Shown: piece after piece, positions 11,093-20,731 of the stretch
How positions within the stretch are numbered: position 1 is the first letter of the stretch
Layout: every line of letters begins with the position of its first letter
From: an uncultured Nitrospiraceae bacterium
Lineage (GTDB): Bacteria > Nitrospirota > Thermodesulfovibrionia > Thermodesulfovibrionales > Dissulfurispiraceae
Reading direction: 5' to 3'
Length of the DNA: 61,125 bases
Assembly (NCBI GenBank): GCA_963705105.1
Contig: CAVPIW010000013.1
Coordinates: forward strand, 1 to 61,125
Program-made: the position numbers and the translations under genes
Notes under the pieces: generated by a model
Told to the model about the DNA's origin: nothing
Seen by the model: the letters and a program-made list of their open reading frames with translations, nothing else
The model's database searches: none

Positions 11093-12112
11093 TCTGACAC
11101 CTCCGTCTTTCTTAGTTTACCGACTTTGGTGTCCACTTTTTCCATCCTACCTCAGAAGATATCAGGAGATCAGCTTTGATCCTTCCAAGTGGCCCTGTTT
11201 GGCAAGAGATCCGTCACCAAGCTCTTGAGGCGATCCCTATTGGGAGCATTGGCCATACGCAACGCCTCAGACCACTTCGTGAGTGGCTAGACCAAAGCTA
11301 TTTTGTGGTTACTGCAGCGCATAGGTCCTCTTTCGAGTTGGAAGTCGACATTAATGATTTCGCAGGAGCCCTTTTCGATGACGCAGACCGGTTCTTAAAT
11401 CATTCAACTGAACATCAGTTTGAAGTATATGATCGTTTTAGCAGAAATGATTGGACAAGTGCGGCATGGCTGGTAGTGACTTGTTATTATTGGGCGTTCT
11501 TCTCGGTTCAGTCTTTCTCTCGCTTGACGGCTCGAAACCTCGTTTGGTTCTTGAACCAGCAGGCGGCCGCCCAACTCGCCAGCATGTGTGTGTCTCCCGG
11601 GCCAATGTCTCCTGGGGCAGGCGCCTACATGATAGAGACGACTCATACAACAGCATTAAATAGGAGGCAAATCACTTTACGAAAGACATCCGGGCGCTTA
11701 CACGACGTTGTGTGGAGGCATTTCTTTAAGTATTGTGAATCCCTTTTGGCTTTGGCTGATGCCGCAACAAGCCCAATAGAATACCGCCTGATTTCAGCCT
11801 TTGTTCGCTCGTCTCGTGAACTAGGGGCGGATTGGCCAAGTCGGTTAAGAAATGCAGTGAACTATCAAGCAGGCTTTTGCTACAAATTGCTGGCCACCTC
11901 AGGTCCGACCATACTTCCGCGGCGACGGATTTATAGACGAAGGTATGGCATCGCCGAAGTGGTTGACCTTATGGAAAATGCCCTTAGCCATTTGGCAGGT
12001 CAAAAGAACATTGCTCTTGGGATTGAGAACTATGGAGTGCTTCTCGTCTGCTATAGTTATCTCACCTTTGCGCTGGCCGATGACCTCTTCTTCGATTTAT
12101 TTTCTCGCCATG

Positions 12113-13484
12113 GAGGTCATGTCAATAGGTGTGTAAAAAGCCATTAGGCGGCGATCCTTTCGACAGACTCTTCCTGCTCGACGGCAATGCCGTCTGTGAA
12201 GTGTTTCCCCTCGTGGACATCCCTCAGTAACCAATATCCCTTGAGCCTGCGGAATCTCTTCTCAGCGACTCCCAGCAACTTCCAGATCATTGCCGTCGCG
12301 TTTTGGACTTTCCTATACCGCTTCGCCGCATCCGTTCTCAAACGCACCGCGCTGAACGGTGACTCCACCACATTGGTCGTCCTGATATGCACCCAGTGCT
12401 CTTTCGGCAATGAATAGAACGTCACCATTCGCTCCCAATCTCTCCTCAGGGTTTCCGTCGCCTTCGGAAAGTCCTTCCCATATCGGCTGACAAAGCTGTC
12501 CCTGAGCCTCTCACACTCTGCCTGCGTCTCTGCATAGGGGATCCTGGTGAGATACTCGCCCGCCTCGGCACGGATCCTCTTGGGCATCGCATCCAACACG
12601 TTGGTTATCTTATGGTTCCAGCACCGCTGCTCTTTGCCCTCGGGATGAAGCTCTCCCAACGCTGACCATATTCCCAAATGGCCATCGGCAACCGTCACTG
12701 TGCCCAGCTTCAGTCCCCGAGCGGTCAGATCCCTCAGGACCCCTGCCCAGGATTCCTTGCTCTCCCGATATCCGCTCTCACAGGCCAACAGCACCTTTTC
12801 CCCTGTCACCAACGCCCCGATGATCACCAGCAATGCTGCTTTGTCCTTCTCTAACCCGGCCTTCACATATATCCCGTCCGCCCACTGATAGACGACCTCA
12901 AGCCCGGAAAGATCTTGCCCCTTCCACTCGTCGTATTCGCACTGCCACTTGCCCTTCAGCCGCTGGATCGACGAGGACGACAGCGGCGCCCCTTCTCCCA
13001 ATAACCCCCGAAGCGCCATATCAAAATCCCCCTGCGCCAGTCCGTGGAGATACAATTCCGGCAGTAACTGCCCCACTTCTTTGGACCGACGCGTGAAAAA
13101 GGGCAATACCTTGCTCTCAAATCGCTCCTCCGCCCCCCGCACACGGGGCCGCCGGACCGTGATCGTCCCGTTCATCAGCGTGAACTTCTTCCGCTTCCCG
13201 TGTCCGTTCCAATACCCCCGGGTGCCGTCCACCTTCTTGATCCTCTCGGATTTCTTCCTCCCCAGAAAGATCTCCACTTCTTCCTCCAGTATGTCCTGAA
13301 TGTACTCCTGCACTTTCAGCCGAACTATGCTTTCCAATGCCTCGTATGTCGCCCTTGACGGCTCAACTGCCTCGGTGATACTCTTTTCCATGGTGGTGTC
13401 TCCTTTCTCTGTGTTGATTCCCAAGTCACCTGATTAAGGATACACCGCCTTCTTTCTTATTTACACACTTTTTGATCTTACCTC
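12113..13484 (-). mobile_element. IS256-family insertion sequence
   Basis: IRs GAGGTCATGTCAATAGGTGTGTAAA / GAGGTAAGATCAAAAAGTGTGTAAA; 8-bp TSD TCGCCATG (12105-12112, 13485-13492). Confidence 0.95.
12144..13391 (-). CDS. IS256 (Mutator-type) transposase
   Basis: WADGIY, VADGHLG, QRCWNH, IRTTNVVES; start reassigned to ATG 13391 behind AAAGGAGA. Confidence 0.95.
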   Translation of the reverse strand: MEKSITEAVEPSRATYEALESIVRLKVQEYIQDILEEEVEIFLGRKKSERIKKVDGTRGYWNGHGKRKKFTLMNGTITVRRPRVRGAEERFESKVLPFFTRRSKEVGQLLPELYLHGLAQGDFDMALRGLLGEGAPLSSSSIQRLKGKWQCEYDEWKGQDLSGLEVVYQWADGIYVKAGLEKDKAALLVIIGALVTGEKVLLACESGYRESKESWAGVLRDLTARGLKLGTVTVADGHLGIWSALGELHPEGKEQRCWNHKITNVLDAMPKRIRAEAGEYLTRIPYAETQAECERLRDSFVSRYGKDFPKATETLRRDWERMVTFYSLPKEHWVHIRTTNVVESPFSAVRLRTDAAKRYRKVQNATAMIWKLLGVAEKRFRRLKGYWLLRDVHEGKHFTDGIAVEQEESVERIAA

Positions 13485-13596
13485 TCGCCATGGTTTGCGA
13501 CGGCCAAATGCATTAGCAAAGAGTAGCTTTCGGTCTACTGTGGGACTTGTTGACCAACAAAGCGGCGTGATGTGGCCATTCGCCAATTAAAGAGGT

Positions 13597-13657
13597 TGTC
13601 GACCCTTTTCTTCCAGCGGACCGCAAAAAGCCGCGGCCGCTGAAGAGCCCGTTATGC
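13597..13657 (+). other. integron attC-like recombination site
   Basis: TTCCAGCGGACCGC pairs with GCGGCCGCTGAA leaving two extrahelical bases; ends in GTTATGC (near-GTTRRRY core); left R'' box degenerate (GTCGAC); lies just after a stop codon. Confidence 0.7.
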
Positions 13658-13871
13658 TCCTCTAAACCTGACATATCTATGCGATAGGCCCCTGCAAGAG
13701 TTCTTCTGGAAAGTATGCGCTAAAGATAACCCACTGTTGTGCGACCTTGGCTGAAGTCGCCGCGCTCGGTCTCACTAAGGGAGCATTTGTTTCAGGAGGG
13801 GGTCGAGAAATGCGTTGACAAACCTTGTACACGCAAACCCTGACTTCCCAGATGATATTGAGACTCTAGCG

Positions 13872-14735
13872 CTACAAATATCTTGCAGTGAGATAGCGCA
13901 CATAGTCCTGATGATCTGTTCGAAGGTGACTTTCCAAAGCGACAATCAGCTCCTGATACGTGAGCGAATGGAATTTGATGCCGTCGCTCTTCGCAATGCC
14001 GGTAAATTCTTCAGCCTCCTCCCGATGCCGCTTTCCCTGATCTCCAAGGACATCGTACCAGAGGTAGAGTAAGCGGAAACCCTGCCGTCCGAACTGGCGT
14101 TTCAGGCCGAGTATGTGCTTCACGAGCTGGGCGGGGTGCAGATGAGCAAACTCGTAGTCATCGGGCGATATGCGCATGGCAAAACGCAGCAAGTTGGGAA
14201 TGTCCGCCCAGAGATCATCAAGGCCGAGGTACTTCGCCTTGATCCCCACGTGCCCGTGACCGCCGTATGCCTCGGAAAACTTGCACTCGACAGCGAACCT
14301 CTTGATTCTTGCCGATGGTGCGTTGTGGATTACCACGTCGATGTTCGGGTGATAGCCGAAACCGTCATCGATCGGATATTTCTCCTCGAAATGTATCGCA
14401 CATGATACCTGCGAATCCCCGCGGCAGAGGCCGCATAGAGCCGCGATTACCGGGACTGCCTTCATCGATTTCCAGTATTGGAAAACGTTGACGGCGAGCG
14501 CAGAAGAAGAGTGGACTGCCTGCATCTTGCCTGGGAATTTCGTTGAGCCGAGTTCGCTGCCATCCCCTGCGGCGAACGACTTCATCACCTCGGGCAGGAG
14601 CGGCCGGAATAAGTTCTGATCCAACTCGGGAGTATAGGCAGGACGTCCGCGTGCGCCCTTGCTTCCGATCAGGGAGAGACCGGAATTGGCCGCCCACGCC
14701 GTTTGCTTCGCCAAAATATAGTAATATCCGTTCAT
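13872..14735 (-). CDS. PD-(D/E)xK putative restriction endonuclease (PGN_0703-like)
   Basis: HSSSALAVNVF, FEEKY, PNIDVVI, VECKFSE, QLVKH. Confidence 0.75.
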   Translation of the reverse strand: MNGYYYILAKQTAWAANSGLSLIGSKGARGRPAYTPELDQNLFRPLLPEVMKSFAAGDGSELGSTKFPGKMQAVHSSSALAVNVFQYWKSMKAVPVIAALCGLCRGDSQVSCAIHFEEKYPIDDGFGYHPNIDVVIHNAPSARIKRFAVECKFSEAYGGHGHVGIKAKYLGLDDLWADIPNLLRFAMRISPDDYEFAHLHPAQLVKHILGLKRQFGRQGFRLLYLWYDVLGDQGKRHREEAEEFTGIAKSDGIKFHSLTYQELIVALESHLRTDHQDYVRYLTARYL

Positions 14736-14876
14736 CGTTGTCTATTGTGAACTGCTGGCATCACCTGTTGTTGAAAGCCGACCGGCGGATGCCCTTGTTA
14801 ACCCTTGCCACAACAGAACTCCCATGCCTCCGCTCTTGCTGCACCTTTCATCCTCATACTGAAATGATTCGTTTCC

Positions 14877-15795
14877 TTATCTGCAAATACTGGTTTTGAG
14901 AAAATCTATAAATTCAAAGAAGTGAGAGCCCATATACGCAGCTGCTGCGCCAATGAGAATGTTTAACAAGGTGCCTGTTAGGAATCGAGTAAATATCCAC
15001 GAGCCCAATTGTTTTCGGGCACTGTACCATACAAGAGCTGGAACATTATCCAAAGTTTGAGGAAATCTAATTATATTCTTCCATACTTCCCATTTTGCAG
15101 CCACCTTGAAGGCAAACCACCCAGCAAGAATAGCGGTTTGATCTATCCGGAAAGATATCATGATTAGTATACGCTGTTGGGGCCGAGAAAAAAGAGCCAT
15201 ATCTGGCGGACCAAAACAGTCGACATAAAGGAGCCGAATATGGCGAAATATGGTTACCATCTCCCAGCATCTGGTGATCATCGCTATTTGCCTTCCTGCA
15301 GCTCACATTTTTATAGTGCCTTCATGATAAAATGTGCTGCCATGCCTGATGAAGAATCGATATCGTCGAGACAGTGGCAGCTTCGGCCGTCATCATTGAT
15401 TGGTTCATCATTAATGGATATTTCTACCCTTCCAGGGGATCTTCTATCGACAGAGAGTGTGACGCTTCATTAGAATGAGCATTTTTTCCCGGTGGCCACT
15501 GCCGTTTCAAGGGCAGGTTTGCAGCTATACTGTCATGCTGTAACGGGAACCATTCTCGCCATATACGGTTCCTTCATCGCCGGATTCGGTTCCTTTCCCG
15601 CGGCGCTAACATACGCTCAAAAAAGCCAACCGGATGACCACCCTTAAAAGGGGTGGAAAGCAGCGTCCAGTCGTTATTTTCTATCTCGGGGGGTTGTTTG
15701 GGCTCGGGTATGATCTTTATTAATATCGTGTCAACATGCAAGCCAAGGAGAATTGTTATAAGAAGACTGATAATAAACTCTATGAAAGCTTCCAT
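14877..15795 (-). pseudogene. 158-aa membrane protein split by an IS21-like miniature element
   Basis: Joining 15795-15612 to 15169-14877 gives an in-frame 477-nt ORF reading ...HPVGFFERILIMISF...AGWFAFKVAAKW. Confidence 0.8.
15175..15611. mobile_element. 437-bp non-autonomous IS21-like element
   Basis: TGTT...AACA termini, ~33-bp imperfect IR, reiterated subterminal motifs (GAGCCATATCTGGCG, GAGCCGAATATGGCG, GAACCGTATATGGCG), 5-bp TSD TACGC; no transposase. Confidence 0.8.
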
Positions 15796-15883
15796 GGTAA
15801 ATCCACTTCATTTGTTATTGTCATTTTTTCACATCATAGCGAAAAAGAAGGGGTGAGTCAAGCGAAAAAGCAGTCTAGGACGT

Positions 15884-16483
15884 GACCCCGGCATCTCGGG
15901 GTCAGACTTGCGAATTGCTTTAAAGACTTAAAGCTCCTCGCGTGAGCAGGGCATGCGCCCACCCGTTCCGAGATGAAAACCCTCTTCCATCACACGGATC
16001 TCCTTCTCCATTGCTTTGCCGTACCCCGTGTCCTTCCTGATTTTCTCCTCCAGGGATTCACGGATCAGGGCGCTGAGTGATTTCTTCTCCTTCAATGCCA
16101 GCATCTTTGCCTTTATCAGGACTGCCTTGGGGATGGACAACGTCACATTTTGCCGCTCCATAATGGTCTCCTTCTTTCATCACATAATTATGTGCAGCAC
16201 ATATTTACGTGTTCAGTCAACCGCCGTGGTCCCTCATTCGTGCGTGGTAAGAAGGACAGGGGCTGCGGAAATGATTGATGACTGACCAACAGCTACCGCC
16301 CGCAGAGGTGCCTGAAAACGGCCTCTTCCATGGATCCCGGGGTTATGCGGGTCCAGCGGCGCTGCTCAGGGGCTGACACGGTCGTCCCGTCCCTGTACTG
16401 GATAGTCAGCGCGAGGCCGCGCCATTTCTCCTGTGCACAGTCGAATTCATTGTAGGCACGCATTTCCTCAATGGGGTCGGATG
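15884..16483 (+). repeat. 600-bp near-identical direct repeat, copy 1 (copy 2 at 20732-21331)
   Basis: Colinear at offset 4848; contains RHH gene and 3' half of the 21141-21518 gene. Confidence 0.95.
15928..16161 (-). CDS. CopG/RHH antitoxin-like protein, copy 1 (no toxin partner seen)
   Basis: QNVTLSIPK...KKSLSALIRESLE...SREEL; upstream palindrome CACATAATTATGTG (16181-16194). Confidence 0.75.
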   Translation of the reverse strand: MERQNVTLSIPKAVLIKAKMLALKEKKSLSALIRESLEEKIRKDTGYGKAMEKEIRVMEEGFHLGTGGRMPCSREEL

Positions 16484-16484
16484 A

Positions 16485-17456
16485 TTAGCGGAGCGTGTAT
16501 ATGCCGAGCACTTTCCGGGCCTCGTCCCGGACGAGGTCCCTGAGGGCTTGCGGTGCGATAACCTCGACCCCTGATCCGTGCTTCAGGATCTCCCGCGATA
16601 TCTCACCGAACTCCGCAACGGGGATAGTCAGTTCGAGGGAACCGTCCTCCATCCTCTTCTCCTTCTGGTCTTTATGCCAGACCTGGCCGGCGATCCACTT
16701 CGCCTTTTCAGGCGTGAAGCGCAGCGTCACATCCTGCACGTCCGTCCCTTTGTAGATGCCGAAGCTGTCGGTCAGGAATGTGTGGATGTCGAAGTGCGGC
16801 TGGATCTCAAATAGGTCGTCGGTCTTCTCCATGTCGCTCATCCTGCCCAGGTGGAAGTCCCGCATGTCCTGCCGCGTGTGGCAGTACGCAATGAGGTGCC
16901 AGGTCCCCATGTAGTTGAGCAGGTGGTAGGGGTCGACCTTCCGCGGCATCCTTTCATCCCTCCCGGGGGAATAGTAAGTGAAAACGAGGCGTTTTTTTTC
17001 GAGGCAGGATTCCAGCACGGTCCTCACGGTCTCTTCCGGCACAGAGGCGTATTCGATGAGCTGAAAGGAGATGACGTCGTCGATGCGGCCGGCATCAGAA
17101 AGCCGCTTGTTCAGGATGGACGTGATCTTGTCCGCCACTGCAGTGACCTCCCTGCCGATCCTGTCCTGGCTGATGTCGCAGAGGATCTTCCGGGCGATGA
17201 GCAGGCCGCTCAGTTCGGCGGCCGACAGGTAGATCGCCGGCAGGGCATAGGTTTCCTGAGTGTAGAAATACCCTTTCCGTGATGTGTCATAGGCGAGGGG
17301 GCAGTGGAAACGGTCACGCATGAATTCGATGTCACGCTGCGCCGTCTTGGCCGAAATCTCGAACCTTTCGGCGAGTGTGCTGGCACTCGGGTATCTCTTC
17401 GCCCGCACCTGCACGTCGAACCAGACGAACCGCTCATACACGTTCTTGTCGCCCAT
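16485..17456 (-). CDS. WYL-domain transcriptional regulator (HTH-WYL-WCX)
   Basis: LAERFEISAKTAQRDIEFMR, VDPYHL...WHLIAYC...RDFHLGRM, VEVIAPQALR; start reassigned to ATG 17456. Confidence 0.92.
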   Translation of the reverse strand: MGDKNVYERFVWFDVQVRAKRYPSASTLAERFEISAKTAQRDIEFMRDRFHCPLAYDTSRKGYFYTQETYALPAIYLSAAELSGLLIARKILCDISQDRIGREVTAVADKITSILNKRLSDAGRIDDVISFQLIEYASVPEETVRTVLESCLEKKRLVFTYYSPGRDERMPRKVDPYHLLNYMGTWHLIAYCHTRQDMRDFHLGRMSDMEKTDDLFEIQPHFDIHTFLTDSFGIYKGTDVQDVTLRFTPEKAKWIAGQVWHKDQKEKRMEDGSLELTIPVAEFGEISREILKHGSGVEVIAPQALRDLVRDEARKVLGIYTLR

Positions 17457-17641
17457 GGTCCCGTAGTATACCCGAAATCCCGGCAGGATATCTGCCCGAT
17501 GCGCGGGGACGTGCAAGACCTTGTAATATCGTCATTTTAACCTATGACACTCCCTGGGGGAGGTTGCCCCTCATAATGGATGCAAGGACATGGAGACGGG
17601 TGGTTAGCACTCAGTCTCTGACCGGCGAAAGGGGGACGACA

Positions 17642-18619
17642 ATGACACAGGAAAGGACAGACACAGCCATAGTGAAGGACTTCATCTCATCCCTGCGGAT
17701 CGGGCTGCCCGACACCCGCGGCAACCTTATGGTTTTTCCGCTCTACACGGATCAGGCTGCCGAGGACGGCTACGTGGTGCTCGACGACGCCCTGGGGAGC
17801 GGGAAGTTCACCGTCACGGAAATGAGCGAGGAGGGCCGCGTGCCGGAGCTCAGGGTCGTCAACGGCCTCGACAGGGACGTGCTCCTGCTCGACGGAGAGC
17901 AGCTCATCGGGGCCAAGCAGAACAGGATCGTCAACACCACCGTCATCGTGGGCAAGAGGAAGGAGACGGTGATCCCCGTGTCCTGCGTGGAGCAGGGGCG
18001 GTGGAGATACCGGGGCAAACACTTCAGTGCCGGCGCATCCCATCTCTATGCCGATCTGAGGGCGAAGAAGGCAAAGTCCGTAACCGCAAACCTGAGAGAG
18101 TCCAGGTCTTTCCGCTCCGACCAGTCGGAGGTCTGGAGGGACATCGACAGCAAGTCGAGGAGAATGGGCGTGTGCTCCGAGACGTCCGCCATGAGCGACA
18201 TCTACGAGAAGAGGCAGAAGGAGCTGAAGACCTATGAAGAGTCCTTCACCGTCCATCCGGGGCAGGCCGGCTTTGTCGCCCTCATCGGCGGCAGGGTGGC
18301 GGGCCTCGACATCTTCGGCACGACGTCGGTCCTGACCAGGACATACGAGAAGCTCCTGAGCGGCTACATCCTGGATGCCCTCGACAAGGCCCTTGCCGGG
18401 GAAAAGGCGGCTGCACAGGACCCCGCCGAAGCCCTGCAGGAGGTGAAGAAGTTCCTCCGGGAGGTCGGTCTTGCCAGGAAGCAGTCCTTCAAGTCCGCCG
18501 GAGAGGGGGACGACCTGAGGTTCGGGAACAAAAGGGTGAACGGCTTCGCCCTCCTGAAGGACCACCGCGTCGTTCACCTGGCGGCTTTTGCCGGGTCATT
18601 GACTGACGAAGCATTCTGA
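17642..18619 (+). CDS. ARPP-1/DUF6569-like protein
   Basis: NLMVFPL, VPELRVVN, LLLDGEQLIGAKQNR, PVSCVEQGRW, SDQSEVW; RBS AGGGGGA before ATG 17642. Confidence 0.8.
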   Translation: MTQERTDTAIVKDFISSLRIGLPDTRGNLMVFPLYTDQAAEDGYVVLDDALGSGKFTVTEMSEEGRVPELRVVNGLDRDVLLLDGEQLIGAKQNRIVNTTVIVGKRKETVIPVSCVEQGRWRYRGKHFSAGASHLYADLRAKKAKSVTANLRESRSFRSDQSEVWRDIDSKSRRMGVCSETSAMSDIYEKRQKELKTYEESFTVHPGQAGFVALIGGRVAGLDIFGTTSVLTRTYEKLLSGYILDALDKALAGEKAAAQDPAEALQEVKKFLREVGLARKQSFKSAGEGDDLRFGNKRVNGFALLKDHRVVHLAAFAGSLTDEAF

Positions 18620-18911
18620 GCCGGTCGCGGTCCGGGGGATTGAGGTATGAACTGGTCCCGTCATGCAAATTGGGAGAAACCATGAAGAGAAAGAGAAGAG
18701 TGAAAGGCGACAGTGATTTCGAAAAGAGGATCGAGGATGCCTTCAGGGATTTCGGCAAGAAGTGGGATGAAGCTGGCGGCGGTCCTTTGTTTGATCTGTC
18801 AAGTCTGCCGGAATCGCCTGATGAGGATGAGGTATCCGTGGGGAGTAAAGGTCGAGAATCCATTGGTTGGGAGGGATCTATACTTGGAGCGCCCCTCGGT
18901 AAGCGACTCAC

Positions 18912-19256
18912 TCAAGCGGGCTTGTCGAGCAGAATCTCCAGCCGAGCGATCAAATCGGGGATATTCCTTGTGGTTGTTTTCCAAAGCACCCGCAGGTTGA
19001 TGCCGAAATATTCATGGATGACCACGTTCCGCAGCCCGCGGATCGAACGCCAGGGTATCTCCGGCGCCATGGCGCTTATTTCCTCCGGAACGTGCGAAGC
19101 AGCTTCACCGATGATCGTCAGTTGACGGATAACGGCATCCTGAATGAGTTCATTTTGACAGAACCCCTCGAAAGTCGAATCCCGGACATAACGTTCGATC
19201 TTACGTGCCGCCGTCAGCATGTCCTGCAATCGGAACTCACAGTTTCTACGTGACAT
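18912..19256 (-). CDS. HepT-like (DUF86) HEPN RNase toxin
   Basis: IIGEAA, PEIPW, GLRNVVIHEYFG (RX4HXY). Confidence 0.92.
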   Translation of the reverse strand: MSRRNCEFRLQDMLTAARKIERYVRDSTFEGFCQNELIQDAVIRQLTIIGEAASHVPEEISAMAPEIPWRSIRGLRNVVIHEYFGINLRVLWKTTTRNIPDLIARLEILLDKPA

Positions 19257-19542
19257 GTAACGCTTCGTCGAGGATGTTGCGTTTCAACGCCGGATGGAGC
19301 GCATCGGGAGTTGCCAAATCCACAGGAATGCCGAGCAAATCGCTTAATCGCTCTTTCAGCTCGACGAATTCAAACAAACCGATTTCGGCCTCCGGTTCAA
19401 ACTCGACCAAAATGTCCACATCGCTTTTCGGGCCAGCTTCTCCCCGTACGACCGAGCCGAAAACGGATATTGAGCGAACATGAAACTGTTCCAATAGTGC
19501 CCGATTGGTCTGAAGGATTTCAATGACGCGTGCTTTATCCAT
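19246..19542 (-). CDS. MntA-like minimal nucleotidyltransferase antitoxin
   Basis: VFGSVVRGEAGPKSDVDILVEF (GSX10DXD), overlaps the HepT gene. Confidence 0.92.
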   Translation of the reverse strand: MDKARVIEILQTNRALLEQFHVRSISVFGSVVRGEAGPKSDVDILVEFEPEAEIGLFEFVELKERLSDLLGIPVDLATPDALHPALKRNILDEALHVT

Positions 19543-19679
19543 TTTTGCACCTCCTTCCGGCCGCCCATGACTTATGTTGCACGTTCAGAAAGTACACATA
19601 AGTATCAGGTTTTTGTGGAATTATATGCAACATGTGGTTTTTGGAGGCAGGAACTGGCCGTTATTCCGGCTGACCCGTA

Positions 19680-20192
19680 TAGATACCGAGCACTCTCCCG
19701 GCCTCGTCCCGGACAATGTCCCTGAGGGCCTGCGGTGCCACAACCTCGACCCCTGACCCGTGCTTCAGGATCTCCCGCGAGATCTCACCGAACTCCGCCA
19801 CGGGGATGAACAGTTATGAAATTCTGAAGTCCACGCTCTCATCGGCGAGAATCCTAAACTGCAATTATCTCCTCCCTGGAGATGACATCCGCAGAATATG
19901 ACAGCACTGCAAGGATGTCTTCTCTTGTGAGGTGCAGATAGGCCTGGATCACTTCATCGACAGACATTCCTTCCGAAAGTTTCGTCAGGACAAGTTCGAC
20001 GGTTATCCTTGTTCCTTTGATGACCGGTTTCCCGAGCATGATTTTAGGGTCAGATATTATTCTATCTGTATAGGTCATGGTTTTGACCTCCTTTTCCCGT
20101 TGTCCTATTCTACACATTTCGCCTCGGGAAACCTATTTGAGCACCTGCACATCGAACCAGACGAACCGCTCATACACGTTCTTGTCGCCCAT
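19680..20192 (-). pseudogene. relic second WYL gene (only 5' and 3' ends remain) enclosing a DUF433 gene and a PIN-toxin stub
   Basis: 20120-20192 matches WYL start (MGDKNVYERFVWFDVQV); 19680-19808 matches WYL 3' end at 16495-16625. Confidence 0.8.
19854..20078 (-). CDS. DUF433 antitoxin-like protein
   Basis: RIISDPKIMLGKPVIKGTRITVE...LTREDILAVLSY; followed by truncated RILADESVDFRIS* (DUF5615-like start). Confidence 0.9.
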   Translation of the reverse strand: MTYTDRIISDPKIMLGKPVIKGTRITVELVLTKLSEGMSVDEVIQAYLHLTREDILAVLSYSADVISREEIIAV

Positions 20193-20364
20193 ATTATTCG
20201 CGAACTCCCCTCAGTGCAGATACCCTTGAGTCCTTTATGACGCCTTTGATGTCCTGCTCATTGTCCTATCAATAAACCAAAGCACTGCGGTGCCCCTTTT
20301 ATGTAAAGAGCTCATTTCGCTTCATACTACGAATGACGTGTTTGGCGTATTTATGACGGGTTTA

Positions 20365-20690
20365 CTAGTCATCTGTCTTTGACGGGTTTGACGGGTTTAT
20401 GACGGGTTTAGCCTTGGCCATAACGTAATGAGCTGCCCTCCCGGCGCCGCCGACTTTTTCTAGAATGAAAAGCTTCGTAAGTTGTCTAAGCTCTCTCAAA
20501 GCAGTACTTTCAGATGTCTCGGTCAAAGCTCGATACTCACCCGTGCTTATTTTCCCTTTAGTCTTTACGTGAGCCACCGCTTTCATCTGCCGCTCATTAA
20601 GTCCGAGTGACAGTATAACTTCTTGCGTCAGCCAGTCGCGCCAGATAGTCGTAACGAAAAAACCTCCGCGTTGCTCGAACTGCGGTATCC
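20365..20690 (-). pseudogene. C-terminal winged-HTH fragment of an ATP-binding/RecG-C-like regulator
   Basis: PQFEQRGGFFVTTIWRDWLT...LGLNERQMKAV...EYRAL...TALRELRQL...GAGRAAHY; 5' part missing. Confidence 0.6.
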
Positions 20691-20731
20691 GTGGTCTTCA
20701 TGACCAGGAGGAATAAAGAATGAATAAATCA

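Larger units (their letters stand above)
9884..11154 (-). mobile_element. IS3-family insertion sequence, copy 1
   Basis: TG...CA ends with IR core AGTGGACACCAAA, GAA target duplication, orfA/orfB. Confidence 0.95.
8856..11179 (+). pseudogene. DGQHR-domain (DndB/ParB-like) protein, last ~7 codons separated by IS3
   Basis: GFQRSL, VLDGQHRL, LFVDINTNQK motifs; removing IS3 and one GAA gives ...RRNVKISGDQL* whose TGA (11177-11179) overlaps the next start. Confidence 0.85.
11176..13590 (+). pseudogene. HEPN-like protein, C-terminal ~33 codons cut off by IS256
   Basis: YYWAFFS and LRNAVNY resemble HEPN-family motifs; removing IS256 restores FSRHGLRRPNALAKSSFRSTVGLVDQQSGVMWPFAN* (TAA 13588-13590). 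Confidence 0.6.

Noticed and set aside
14755..14812. Second attC site
   Set aside because: Resembles a left half only; no convincing complementary arm
17687..18577. Long antisense ORFs (also 24571-25554, 26702-27571, 43573-44499, 55412-56146)
   Set aside because: Shadows of well-supported genes on the opposite strand in GC-rich DNA; no motifs
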